Below are positions 28,966 to 37,821 of a stretch of DNA of 64,000 nucleotides, piece after piece. Origin of the DNA: Candidatus Micrarchaeota archaeon (lineage in GTDB: Archaea > Micrarchaeota > Micrarchaeia > Micrarchaeales > CABMGC01); the NCBI GenBank assembly GCA_021850805.1, contig JAJZKO010000001.1, forward strand, positions 45,885 through 109,884. The letters are read 5' to 3'. Position numbers and translations under genes: made by a program. The notes below the pieces were generated by a model, which saw only the letters and a program-made list of their open reading frames with translations, did no database searches and was not told the DNA's origin. The first letter of the stretch is position 1. Each line of letters opens with the position of its first letter.

Positions 28966-30049
28966 AGCCCATCACCAGGTCGAGAGTTCCCATTATTCCG
29001 AACATATCTGCGGTGCGCTGCCCCTTCGCGAGGAAATTCAGGGCTGCCAGGTTTATGAAACTTGGAGACCTTATGGAGAGCCTGTAGGGCTTCTGCGCGT
29101 CGGCTACAAGATACATGATGCATTCTCCCCTAGGGAGCTCGCGGCTCACGATAGATATGCGGTTCTTTGCTGCGGGGAGTATCAGTTTTACAGGCATTCC
29201 GAGCGCATCTCCATCTGGGAGGGCTTTAATTGCTTCCCTTACTAGGCGTATGCTCTCCCTTATCTCCATCATCCTTACCTTATATCTGGCAAGATTATCT
29301 CCCGCCATCTGCACCTGCGTGGAGAAATGGAGTTTCTGGTATACGTAATAGGCCTTGTTCTTCCTCGCGTCAAAGTTCACCCCTGATGCGCGGAGCACGG
29401 GGCCGGTAACCCCAAGGTTCTTTGCATCGTCATATGAGAGTACGCCGACACCTTTCATTCTCTCCATGAATACAGGGTTCCTCTCCAGATACCTCTCGTA
29501 CTCTTTTACCCTCTTCTCCATGTAGTCCATAAGGCCCAGGGCATGATCAGCAAAGTCTGGCGGAAGGTCGCGCACCATTCCGCCTATCCTCATGTTTACA
29601 TAGAACATCCTCCCGCCTGCGGCTTCCTCAAGCAGATTCAGGACCATGTCCCTGTCCTGGAAGCCCCACATGAATGCGGTAAACATCTGCCCTATATCGT
29701 TGCACATTGTGCCTATCCAGAGCAGATGGCTTGCTATTCTCTGAAGCTCGAGAAGTATTACCCTTATGTACTGTGCGCGCTCCTTTACTTCTACCCCCAT
29801 TGCGGCTTCGACAGCGGCAACATAAACCTCATCGTATGACATTGGGGAGACGTAATCGAGCTTCTCCATGTAAGGAGGGTTCTGCATGAACATCCTGGTC
29901 TCTACAAGCTTCTCGACCCCGCGATGGAGGAATCCTATGTGCGGCTGGACATCGACTACAGTATCGCCATCTATATCTGCAACGAGGCGAAGAACTCCGT
30001 GGGTGCTTGGATGCACAGGGCCTATGTTTATCCTTGTTACCGCCATCAT
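28952..30049 (-). CDS. nuoD: NADH-quinone oxidoreductase subunit D
   Basis: 365 aa. NIGPVHPSTHGVLRL and PHIGFLHRGVEKL motifs. Confidence 0.93.
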   Translation of the reverse strand: MMAVTRINIGPVHPSTHGVLRLVADIDGDTVVDVQPHIGFLHRGVEKLVETRMFMQNPPYMEKLDYVSPMSYDEVYVAAVEAAMGVEVKERAQYIRVILLELQRIASHLLWIGTMCNDIGQMFTAFMWGFQDRDMVLNLLEEAAGGRMFYVNMRIGGMVRDLPPDFADHALGLMDYMEKRVKEYERYLERNPVFMERMKGVGVLSYDDAKNLGVTGPVLRASGVNFDARKNKAYYVYQKLHFSTQVQMAGDNLARYKVRMMEIRESIRLVREAIKALPDGDALGMPVKLILPAAKNRISIVSRELPRGECIMYLVADAQKPYRLSIRSPSFINLAALNFLAKGQRTADMFGIMGTLDLVMGCVDK

Positions 30050-30426
30050 TTAGCACCTTCTTCGTACGGCATGCCCCACTGGAAGGATTTCCTAAGCGGC
30101 GGTTGCTTGCCATCCCATTTCTCCAGAAGGAGCCTCTCCGCATTTCTCCCTACGATATTTATCCCGAACATTTCCGACATCTCGCGCTCGTACCAGTCAG
30201 CGGCGAGGAAGAGCTTCATTACGCTCGGAACCCATGCATCATCGGCTGGCATGGTGACCTCCACGATCTCTTCCTTGCCATCTTCTATGTTTTCAAGCAG
30301 GTATATTACGTCAAGGTGATCAGAGTAATCTACCGCGGTAATCTTCTCCAGATAATCAAATCCTGCTTTCTTCATCTCTGCAAGCTTTTCCTTAAGCAGT
30401 TCCCTCTCAATCTTCAATTTTTCCAC
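30046..30426 (-). CDS. nuoC: NADH-quinone oxidoreductase subunit C
   Basis: 126 aa (short). ADWYEREMSEMFGI motif. Confidence 0.8.
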   Translation of the reverse strand: MEKLKIERELLKEKLAEMKKAGFDYLEKITAVDYSDHLDVIYLLENIEDGKEEIVEVTMPADDAWVPSVMKLFLAADWYEREMSEMFGINIVGRNAERLLLEKWDGKQPPLRKSFQWGMPYEEGAK

Positions 30427-31003
30427 CTATTTTCTTCTGGAGCTTCATCAACGCATCGAATAAGTTTTCAGGCCGCGGAGGGCATCCTGCGACATAGACG
30501 TCTACCGGGAGTACCTGGTCTATTCCGCGTATTATGTTGTAGCTCTCAAACCATGGGCCGCCGCATGTCGCACACTCTCCGAACGATACTATATAACGCG
30601 GCCTAGCCATCTGCTCGTAGAGGCGCTTTATCTCAGGAATCATGGACTTGGTAACCCAGCCGGCTATTATCATAACATCGCACTGCCTTGGAGTGGACCT
30701 GAAGAGGAGGAACCCCTTCCTCTCCGCGTCAATCCTGGGCGATCCGAAACTCATCAGCTCTATGGCGCAGCATGCAAGCCCAAACTGGAGGGGCCATACG
30801 GAATTGGATCTTGACCAGTTTATCAGCCCTTTTGAGAATGCACCGGATATGTCAGAAAGCTTTGCGAAGATGGCATTTGGTTTTACTTCATAGTTTTTCA
30901 TCGACTGTGCTACAAGCTCGTTCATCTCGCTTCTCGCGTCGGTTACTCGATTCTCTTTTTCCCAGTCATCCATTGGAATCAGCCACAGCCAGTTTGGAGA
31001 CAA
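30407..31003 (-). CDS. nuoB: NADH-quinone oxidoreductase subunit B
   Basis: 198 aa. FGLACCAIE, GECATCGGPW and GCPPRPE motifs. The true start may be the internal Met (MDDWEK). Confidence 0.93.
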   Translation of the reverse strand: MSPNWLWLIPMDDWEKENRVTDARSEMNELVAQSMKNYEVKPNAIFAKLSDISGAFSKGLINWSRSNSVWPLQFGLACCAIELMSFGSPRIDAERKGFLLFRSTPRQCDVMIIAGWVTKSMIPEIKRLYEQMARPRYIVSFGECATCGGPWFESYNIIRGIDQVLPVDVYVAGCPPRPENLFDALMKLQKKIGGKIED

Positions 31004-31325
31004 AAAGCTCCATTACAAACCCGAAGACTGCAAGGGACAATACCACTGCTCCCGCTTCCCTTGCCAATTCGCCAGAGGATGCAGCCCATATGAGCACTAT
31101 TGCAACTATTATCTCATAGGCAAGAAACATTGAAAAGTAGTGGAAGTATTCGTTCATTATGCTTATCCTTGCGCCGGTGCTGTCTTCAGCGCTTTCGTAG
31201 TTTGAGTTCTCTACCGGGCCCCTTACACTCCTCTTCCTTATCATAATAGAGGTGAGTATCATAGAAAATGGCATAAACAGGGATAGGGCCATGAATATTA
31301 TTATTGCGATATATCCGGATGCCAT
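30966..31325 (-). CDS. nuoA: NADH-quinone oxidoreductase subunit A
   Basis: 119 aa, 3 TM. NSNYESAED resembles the YECG-type loop. First gene of the operon. Confidence 0.75.
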   Translation of the reverse strand: MASGYIAIIIFMALSLFMPFSMILTSIMIRKRSVRGPVENSNYESAEDSTGARISIMNEYFHYFSMFLAYEIIVAIVLIWAASSGELAREAGAVVLSLAVFGFVMELFVSKLAVADSNG

Positions 31326-31396
31326 GATAATTTATGAATGGATAGTTTAATATTAATTAGCAGATTATTTGATGCTGTTGAGTTTACGATGGTGTT

Positions 31397-31738
31397 TTGG
31401 TGGATATAGATAGGTTTGTTGAAGAGACGAGAAAGACATGGAATGCCGAATATGAAGGGGAGTTTGGCCATAAGGATGTAGAGCTGCTTTATGCTGCTGC
31501 GGCGCTTGGCGGCGAGGCTGGAGAGCTGCAGAACATGATAAAGAAGATCTTCAGGTACAAGTACTATACGAAAGGCCACAAGCCTGATGACTTATACAAA
31601 GACCTCCCGCAGGAGATAGCGGATGTCCTTTACTACCTATGCCGCATAGCCGATGTGCTTGAGATAGACATAAGCAAGGCTTTCGAGGAGAAGATGCGCG
31701 TAAACCGGGAGAGGTACGTATCCTCTGGAAAGGCCTGA
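31397..31738 (+). CDS. MazG-like nucleotide pyrophosphohydrolase
   Basis: 113 aa. GGEAGELQNMIKK and EIADVLYYLCRIADVLEIDISKAFEEKMRVNRERY, typical of the MazG fold. Confidence 0.8.
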   Translation: MVDIDRFVEETRKTWNAEYEGEFGHKDVELLYAAAALGGEAGELQNMIKKIFRYKYYTKGHKPDDLYKDLPQEIADVLYYLCRIADVLEIDISKAFEEKMRVNRERYVSSGKA

Positions 31739-31748
31739 TCTGCCAGGT

Positions 31749-33077
31749 TCAGACGCCGCGCAAGGATTTGTCCGCATTGCTTATTGCATCTTCCAGTATA
31801 TCGAGCCCTTTCCTTAGGCTCTCGAAGCTTATCTCAAGCGGAGGTATTATCCTTATCGATGATGCGCCTGCGGGAAGGAGCACCAAGTTATTGCTGAAGC
31901 ACTCTTTTAGGACCTTCTCCTGTTCCTCTTCGGCCGGTTCCTTTGACTTCTTGTCCTTCACCAGTTCCACCCCTATCATCATACCTATGCCCCTCACATC
32001 ACCCACTATCTCATACTCATCCTTCATCCTGTTTAGCCTTGAAAGCATCAGCCTTGATCTTGATTCTATGCCGCGCTCTATCCTGCGCCAGTTCCTTTTT
32101 GCGTAGGAAAGGGAAGCCCTGGCTGCAGCGACAGCTGCAAGGTTGCCCCCAAATGTGTTGGAGTGGGCGCCATAAGGTATATCCCCAAGCGCTCTTCTAG
32201 TCACCGTAACGCCCATCGGCAGCCCTCCGCCGACAGCCTTTGCCATTGAGTATATGTCAGGCTCAACGCCGAAGTTGCTTATCGCGGTGAACTTCCCCGT
32301 TCTGAAATAGCCCGCCTGCACCTCATCGTCTATCAGCACTATCCCGTTGTCATCTGCAAGCTTCCTGATCTCCTTTACAAAATCCTTTGGAGGAACTATG
32401 TATCCGCCTTCGCCCTGTATAGGCTCCATTATTATTGCGGCTATCTCGTCAGGAGGAACCTCCCTGCTTAATGGATACTTTTTTATATAGTCTACGCATG
32501 CCAGCCCGCATGAGGGATATTCCTTCCCGAACGGGCACCTGTAGCAGTATGCGTATGGGGCGTGGAACGATGCATTGAAGGGCCCGAAGCTGCGGCGCTG
32601 CACAGCCTTTGAGGATGTCAGGCCTAGAGAGCCCATGGTGCGCCCGTGGAAAGAGTTGTAAAACGCCATTATGTACTGCCGCTTTGTGAAGAGTTTGGAG
32701 AACTTTACCGCCGCTTCGTTCGCTTCCGTGCCGGAATTCGAGAAGAAAAACCTGCCGAAGCCTCTTGGCAAAAGCTTTAGCATCTCCTCTGCGAGTAGGA
32801 CCTGTTCTTCGGAATAGAAGTCAGTTGATGCGGCATGCGTAAGCTTGCTTACCTGGTCTTTTATGGCCTTGCGTATTTCTTTGTTTCCGCCCACGCCGAA
32901 ATTATAAACAGATATGAATGAGGAGAAGTCTATGAACTTATTGCCATCTATGTCATATATGAACTCGCCTTCGCCGTGTGACGGAACAAAACTGTATGCC
33001 TCTTTTGTCGAGGTTAGCATTATCTTCTTGTCCCTCGCTATTATCGACCTTATGCGCTGCGACTCCCTGAATGACAC
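31749..33077 (-). CDS. class III PLP-dependent aminotransferase (acetylornithine/4-aminobutyrate type)
   Basis: 442 aa. FSNSGTEANEAAVKF, LIDDEVQAGYFRTGKF and SMAKAVGGGLPMG (PLP lysine) motifs. Confidence 0.9.
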   Translation of the reverse strand: MSFRESQRIRSIIARDKKIMLTSTKEAYSFVPSHGEGEFIYDIDGNKFIDFSSFISVYNFGVGGNKEIRKAIKDQVSKLTHAASTDFYSEEQVLLAEEMLKLLPRGFGRFFFSNSGTEANEAAVKFSKLFTKRQYIMAFYNSFHGRTMGSLGLTSSKAVQRRSFGPFNASFHAPYAYCYRCPFGKEYPSCGLACVDYIKKYPLSREVPPDEIAAIIMEPIQGEGGYIVPPKDFVKEIRKLADDNGIVLIDDEVQAGYFRTGKFTAISNFGVEPDIYSMAKAVGGGLPMGVTVTRRALGDIPYGAHSNTFGGNLAAVAAARASLSYAKRNWRRIERGIESRSRLMLSRLNRMKDEYEIVGDVRGIGMMIGVELVKDKKSKEPAEEEQEKVLKECFSNNLVLLPAGASSIRIIPPLEISFESLRKGLDILEDAISNADKSLRGV

Positions 33078-33164
33078 ATTACCACCATATATGGTATTGA
33101 TTTGAATGTTTAAATAACAGAATGTATTAAGGGCAGTAAGTCAGGTATTAATCATCTGCGGCAG

Positions 33165-33788
33165 ATGATTGTTATGGAGCTTCGTGAGAGACTTGAAGAC
33201 GGGATAAACGTAGCGCTTCATCCGGAGAAGGCGACATCGGTAAAGAGGGGTGTTTTTGATGCGCTTGAGTTTTATTATTATGCAAGTGTGGTTCCCATGA
33301 TTGCAGGCGCAGCTGCCGTTGTCTTGCTTGGTGCTGCTATATTCGGGTTCTCTTACTTCTTCTTCAGCTCAATGCCTTTTTATAGCATCATTGCTGGAGC
33401 CGGGATCGCTGTTTTTGTACTTGCGCTCCTCGCTCTCTTTGTTGCCTACATGTGGATACTGGTACCTCTCTCCTTCTTCATTAATGCGGCAATCTTCCAG
33501 TTTTTCGGCAGATACGTATTCAGGCAGTTTAAAAGGGAGTATTCACGCACCTACTCCGCAGTAGTATATGGGAGCATGCCTCAGACCCTGCTCGTCTTCC
33601 TCCTTGGCGTTCCGTTCGTAAACCTTATAGTCTGGTTATGGGGCTTTGTCATATTGATAGTTGCACTCTCCAATCAGCAGAAAGTATCCAAGGCGAGGGC
33701 ATTCGCAGTTGTGATATGTTCTGGTGTGCTTCTGGTATTAATCGCATTGGTATTTGCTCATCTTCTGCATCCTGTAAGGCTGCATTAG
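33165..33788 (+). CDS. hypothetical polytopic membrane protein
   Basis: 207 aa with about 5 hydrophobic segments. No family recognised. Confidence 0.55.
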   Translation: MIVMELRERLEDGINVALHPEKATSVKRGVFDALEFYYYASVVPMIAGAAAVVLLGAAIFGFSYFFFSSMPFYSIIAGAGIAVFVLALLALFVAYMWILVPLSFFINAAIFQFFGRYVFRQFKREYSRTYSAVVYGSMPQTLLVFLLGVPFVNLIVWLWGFVILIVALSNQQKVSKARAFAVVICSGVLLVLIALVFAHLLHPVRLH

Positions 33789-33862
33789 AGTAGCCACCTT
33801 TGGAGTGGCTTGAGGAAGAGAATGGCCTGCCATAGTTTGGGAAGAATGACAGGCCCTAGTTT

Positions 33863-34420
33863 TTATACCCTCTGTGGGGGAGAGATGATCATTGTGTTAG
33901 TCGCCTTGCCAGCATCAAGTCTGTAGTAAACTTTGTGACCTAGTTGGAATCTTTCAAGCAACCCTGCTTTGTGCAGCCTGTTTAGCCTTGTGCATGCGGC
34001 GTTTGTGCCCCTGTATCCCATGAACTCTTTTACATCATCTGCCGAGACCATGTCGTTCGTCTGAACGAAATTTATGATCTTGGAGTCTATCTCCGAGATG
34101 GCTATCTCGCTTATCTGCCTGAACTCACCCTGCTGCCTTGGGGCTTGTGCATCGTTTCCGTTCATGCTCTTGAGCTGTTCGGCCTCTGCCTGCTGCATTT
34201 GCTTTATCTTTGAAGTAAGATCCTCAAGCATGGAGTTTGTCTTCTGCCGCTCCTCCATGAGATATTTGAACATTGCCATTATGTCATCGTCGGATATCTG
34301 CTTCCTTTCCTCCTTGACAGTGGTATCCTCGGTTTGCAGCTCACGGAGCTCCACCTGCAGTCTAAGGAGCTCTTCCTTTATCTGTTTTAACCTGTCTTCG
34401 TGAGACATACGCAACCCCAT
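33863..34420 (-). CDS. hypothetical coiled-coil protein with C-terminal wHTH-like domain
   Basis: 185 aa. N-terminal E/Q/K-rich coiled coil. C-terminal MVSADDVKEFMGYRGTNAACTRLNRLHKAGLLERFQLGHKVYYRL looks like a winged helix. Confidence 0.55.
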   Translation of the reverse strand: MGLRMSHEDRLKQIKEELLRLQVELRELQTEDTTVKEERKQISDDDIMAMFKYLMEERQKTNSMLEDLTSKIKQMQQAEAEQLKSMNGNDAQAPRQQGEFRQISEIAISEIDSKIINFVQTNDMVSADDVKEFMGYRGTNAACTRLNRLHKAGLLERFQLGHKVYYRLDAGKATNTMIISPPQRV

Positions 34421-34619
34421 CGTGATTCTTTCCCGGATAAATCATGAAACATTCATGACTGAATCATATCTATGAAGTATAAGGTATTTAAAGCTTAGTG
34501 ATAAGTTCCGCTATTTTAGCATCATGCGGAGTTTTTCAGGAATAGTTGATGTCTTCTACACTTACTATACTTAAAAATGCTTTTAAAGCCTTCGTTTAAT
34601 AATAGAGTGTTGTGCTTGC

Positions 34620-35132
34620 ATGCAACGGATACTTATACCTAGGCAGAGAGCCATGCTACTCGATAAGAAGAAGGTGGAAGAGCTCGAGGCTGCGCTCAGA
34701 TGCAGGATAGAGGTAGAGGACGGAAATGACATCCTTATTGACGGGGACGGATACTGGGAGTATGTTGCAAGGAATGTACTCATGGCCTATGGCCGCGGAT
34801 TCAGCATGGCAGAGGCGATGAAGCTCTTAACGGAGAGTTATTTTTTCAAGTACCTTAGCCTCAAAGATGCATTGTCCAATGATAAGCAGATGCGCAGGAT
34901 AAAGGCAAGGATAATAGGAAGCAATGGCAAGACAAAGAAGCGTATAGAGGAATTCAGCGGAGCTGTGCTCTCCGTATATGGAAACGGTGTTGGTATAATA
35001 GGAACTGAGGATGAAATAGAGATTGCCATGGCCGCATTGCGCATACTTGTAGGAGGGGGTATGCACAGCAACGCCTACAGGGCGATGGAACTTGAGAAAA
35101 AGAAGAAAACGTCTTCGCACTTTGGTGTATGA
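34620..35132 (+). CDS. KH-domain RNA-binding protein (Dim2/Pno1-like)
   Basis: 170 aa. KH GxxG loop in ARIIGSNGKTKKRIEEFSGA. Two KH-like halves. Confidence 0.75.
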   Translation: MQRILIPRQRAMLLDKKKVEELEAALRCRIEVEDGNDILIDGDGYWEYVARNVLMAYGRGFSMAEAMKLLTESYFFKYLSLKDALSNDKQMRRIKARIIGSNGKTKKRIEEFSGAVLSVYGNGVGIIGTEDEIEIAMAALRILVGGGMHSNAYRAMELEKKKKTSSHFGV

Positions 35133-35133
35133 A

Positions 35134-36747
35134 ATGAACGCCGATGAGATATTCAAGGAATTCAAGGAGCAGTCCGTATCGGAATTTTTCAGAAAGAACA
35201 GCCAGATGCTCGGGTACTCTGGCAAGGTGAGATCCCTTACTACGGCCGTTCATGAATATGTGACCAACTCCCTGGATGCATGCGAAGAGGCAGGAGTCCT
35301 TCCTGACATAATGGTAAAGGTAACACAGGTCGATGAGGCAAAGTATACAGTCACTGTGCGCGACAATGGGCCAGGCATACCGGAAAAGCTTGTAGGAAGC
35401 GCGCTCGCGAAGGTCCTTTCAGGGACAAAATTCCATAGGTATATACAGCAGAGGGGGCAGCAGGGAATAGGCGCTGCAGGATGTACCTTATTCTCTAGAA
35501 TGACCACTGGTAAGCCAATACACGTACACTCCGGAACTGAGAGGCAATCTTATACCTGCGATGTTACAATAGAGATAAAGACCAATAAGCCCATAGTCGA
35601 AAACCTCGAGAAGCTCAGCGATGGATTCAGGGGCTTGGAGATAACAGCAGAATTGGGTGAGGTAAAATATGAGAAGAGCGACCACGGAGTATATGAGTAC
35701 ATAAAGAGAACCGCGCTCTCGAACCCGCACATATCCATAACACTCGTAGAGCCTGATGGAAAAGAGGCATTCTTCCCAAGATCCTATGAGGAGATACCTA
35801 AGAGACCGAAACAGATAAAACCGCATCCGCTCGGGGTACAGGTTAATGACATAGTGGATTTCGCACATTTCAGCGTCGAGCGCACAGTTGCATCTTTTCT
35901 TAGCGAGACATTCGCCAGGGTTACCAGATCCAAGGTAGAGGAGCTTGGGCAGCTGGTTCCGGGGATAGACCTCAAGAAGAGCCCGAAGGATCTTTCATGG
36001 GCTGAGGCTGAAGAGATAGTGAAGGCGTTCGGAAAGATAAAGTGGATGGCTCCTGAATTGGATTCGCTCTCCACGATAGGAAGGGCGCAGATAGAAGCGA
36101 CCATAAAGAATATACTGAACCCCACCTTTGTAGCTGTTGTCGAACGGCGCCCGTCTGTTTTCAGGGGAGGAATACCCTTCGTGGTTGAGGCGGGAATAGC
36201 TTATGGAGGAGATGCTGGAAAAGCATCGGAGGAAGGGATGCACAGTTCTGTGATAAGGTTTGCCAACAAAGTGCCATTGCTCTTTGACGGATCGGCATGT
36301 GCAATTACCGAAGCAGTCAACACTATACAATGGAGAAGATATGGGATATCTGATTTTGAGGAGCAGCCCCTCAGTGTGATGGTGAACGTCTCAAGTGTAT
36401 ACATACCTTATTCAGGCGTGGGAAAGCAGGCAATATCGCATGAAGATGAGATAATAGGGGAGATACGCCTGGCTCTTATGGCTTGCGCTAAGGACATAGA
36501 GAGATATGTGCGCGGGGAAAGGGCCAAATCGCTACAGGAATCAAGGTACAATATGATAATGCGCTATGTAGGTCAGCTTGCTTCGGACATATCGGAAATG
36601 TCAGGCAAGGACAGAGGGGAGATAGAGATGTCGCTTAGGAGACTTATAGACACTAAGTACAGTAGGCTATTTGAGGCAAATGCGGAACAGGATGAAGCGG
36701 CAGACGGCAGTGAAGGCAGTGCCGCAGAAGAAGCGCAGGATGAGTAA
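35134..36747 (+). CDS. top6B: DNA topoisomerase VI subunit B
   Basis: Starts at the internal ATG (MNADEIFKEFKEQSVSEFFRKN) right after the KH gene stop. GHKL/Bergerat motifs HEYVTNSLDA, VRDNGPGIP and GQQGIGAAG. Confidence 0.92.
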   Translation: MNADEIFKEFKEQSVSEFFRKNSQMLGYSGKVRSLTTAVHEYVTNSLDACEEAGVLPDIMVKVTQVDEAKYTVTVRDNGPGIPEKLVGSALAKVLSGTKFHRYIQQRGQQGIGAAGCTLFSRMTTGKPIHVHSGTERQSYTCDVTIEIKTNKPIVENLEKLSDGFRGLEITAELGEVKYEKSDHGVYEYIKRTALSNPHISITLVEPDGKEAFFPRSYEEIPKRPKQIKPHPLGVQVNDIVDFAHFSVERTVASFLSETFARVTRSKVEELGQLVPGIDLKKSPKDLSWAEAEEIVKAFGKIKWMAPELDSLSTIGRAQIEATIKNILNPTFVAVVERRPSVFRGGIPFVVEAGIAYGGDAGKASEEGMHSSVIRFANKVPLLFDGSACAITEAVNTIQWRRYGISDFEEQPLSVMVNVSSVYIPYSGVGKQAISHEDEIIGEIRLALMACAKDIERYVRGERAKSLQESRYNMIMRYVGQLASDISEMSGKDRGEIEMSLRRLIDTKYSRLFEANAEQDEAADGSEGSAAEEAQDE

Positions 36748-36829
36748 AGCATTATCGTTGCCTAATTCAAGGAGCACAGGTGCATGAGATTACATTTATT
36801 AATTTGCAGAAGCATATTTTTTAGGTTGT

Positions 36830-37723
36830 ATGCAGGTGGGGATCCGTGCACAGTCGGCAATGGAGTACCTGATGACATACGGATGGGCGATACTGATTAT
36901 CGCGGTGGTTCTCGGCGCGCTCTTCGAGCTCGGCGTCTTCAGCGGAACATTCTTCATGCCCCATGTACCTCCAGGATCGTGCCATGTCTTCAGGCCTTAC
37001 GGGCCTGGGACCGTCGGCTCAATAAACCTGGAGGGAGAGTGCCAGGGCGCGCTGCCGCAGTATGTAGCTGAATTCAATGGGAAGAGCAGCAGCATCTCAA
37101 CGCCGTTAGTTTTTCCACCCGGATCTTCCGAAACAAATTTTACGCTAGCAGTATGGGTTTATACGACAGGGGTATGTAGTACGGGCAACTTTTATTGTGG
37201 GATAGTTGATGCGGATAATGGAGGCAATGGATGGGGACTTATGAGCGGTCAGACAACTTCAGATTTTTGGATCCTTAAGAGCTCTACGTCAGGAGTGCAG
37301 GATATGGAGTTTAGCATCTTGCACTCTTCTTGGACACAAGTTGTGGTTACGTATGAAGTAAAGAATGGGAATTACCTTGCCAGCGCATATGTTAATGGTG
37401 CTTTGGTTGATACAGCGACAAGATCGGCCGTATCTTTGCCTGAACCGTACCCGCTTCAGATAGGCATTGCAAGGGAATCCTCTGGCATGGTCTTCAATGG
37501 ATCAATTTCCAATGTGCAATTATACAACGCAACGCTCTCCTCAAATTCCGTATCTTCCTTGTATGGAGAGGGTATAGGCGGCGCGCCAATAAACCTGAAG
37601 AACCTTGTTGCGTGGTGGCCACTGAACGGGAACGCTAACGATTATTCTGGGAATAACAACGATGGGACTGCGGCAAATGTAGTATATACCACCAACTGGG
37701 AGAACGGGTATACGCAGCCTTGA
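36830..37723 (+). CDS. LamG/concanavalin-A-like lectin domain protein with class III signal peptide (pilin-like adhesin)
   Basis: 297 aa. MQVGIRAQSAMEYLMTYGWAILIIAVVLGALF leader. LamG-type body (NFTLAVWVY..., WTQVVVTYE..., YVNGALV..., FNGSISNVQLYN). Confidence 0.8.
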   Translation: MQVGIRAQSAMEYLMTYGWAILIIAVVLGALFELGVFSGTFFMPHVPPGSCHVFRPYGPGTVGSINLEGECQGALPQYVAEFNGKSSSISTPLVFPPGSSETNFTLAVWVYTTGVCSTGNFYCGIVDADNGGNGWGLMSGQTTSDFWILKSSTSGVQDMEFSILHSSWTQVVVTYEVKNGNYLASAYVNGALVDTATRSAVSLPEPYPLQIGIARESSGMVFNGSISNVQLYNATLSSNSVSSLYGEGIGGAPINLKNLVAWWPLNGNANDYSGNNNDGTAANVVYTTNWENGYTQP

Positions 37724-37821
37724 CGCATTGTATCGCTGCGCTATGTTGGGCAGATTCTTCGTGAAAAACATCTGAGACAAGGACTCCGATGGTGGTGCAT
37801 CAGAATTGATTAGTGGTTAGA

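Noticed and set aside
35092-35133. Upstream extension of top6B (MRKRRKRLRTLVYE).
   Set aside because: It overlaps the 3' end of the KH-protein gene. The ATG at 35134 follows its stop and starts the conserved Top6B N-terminus.
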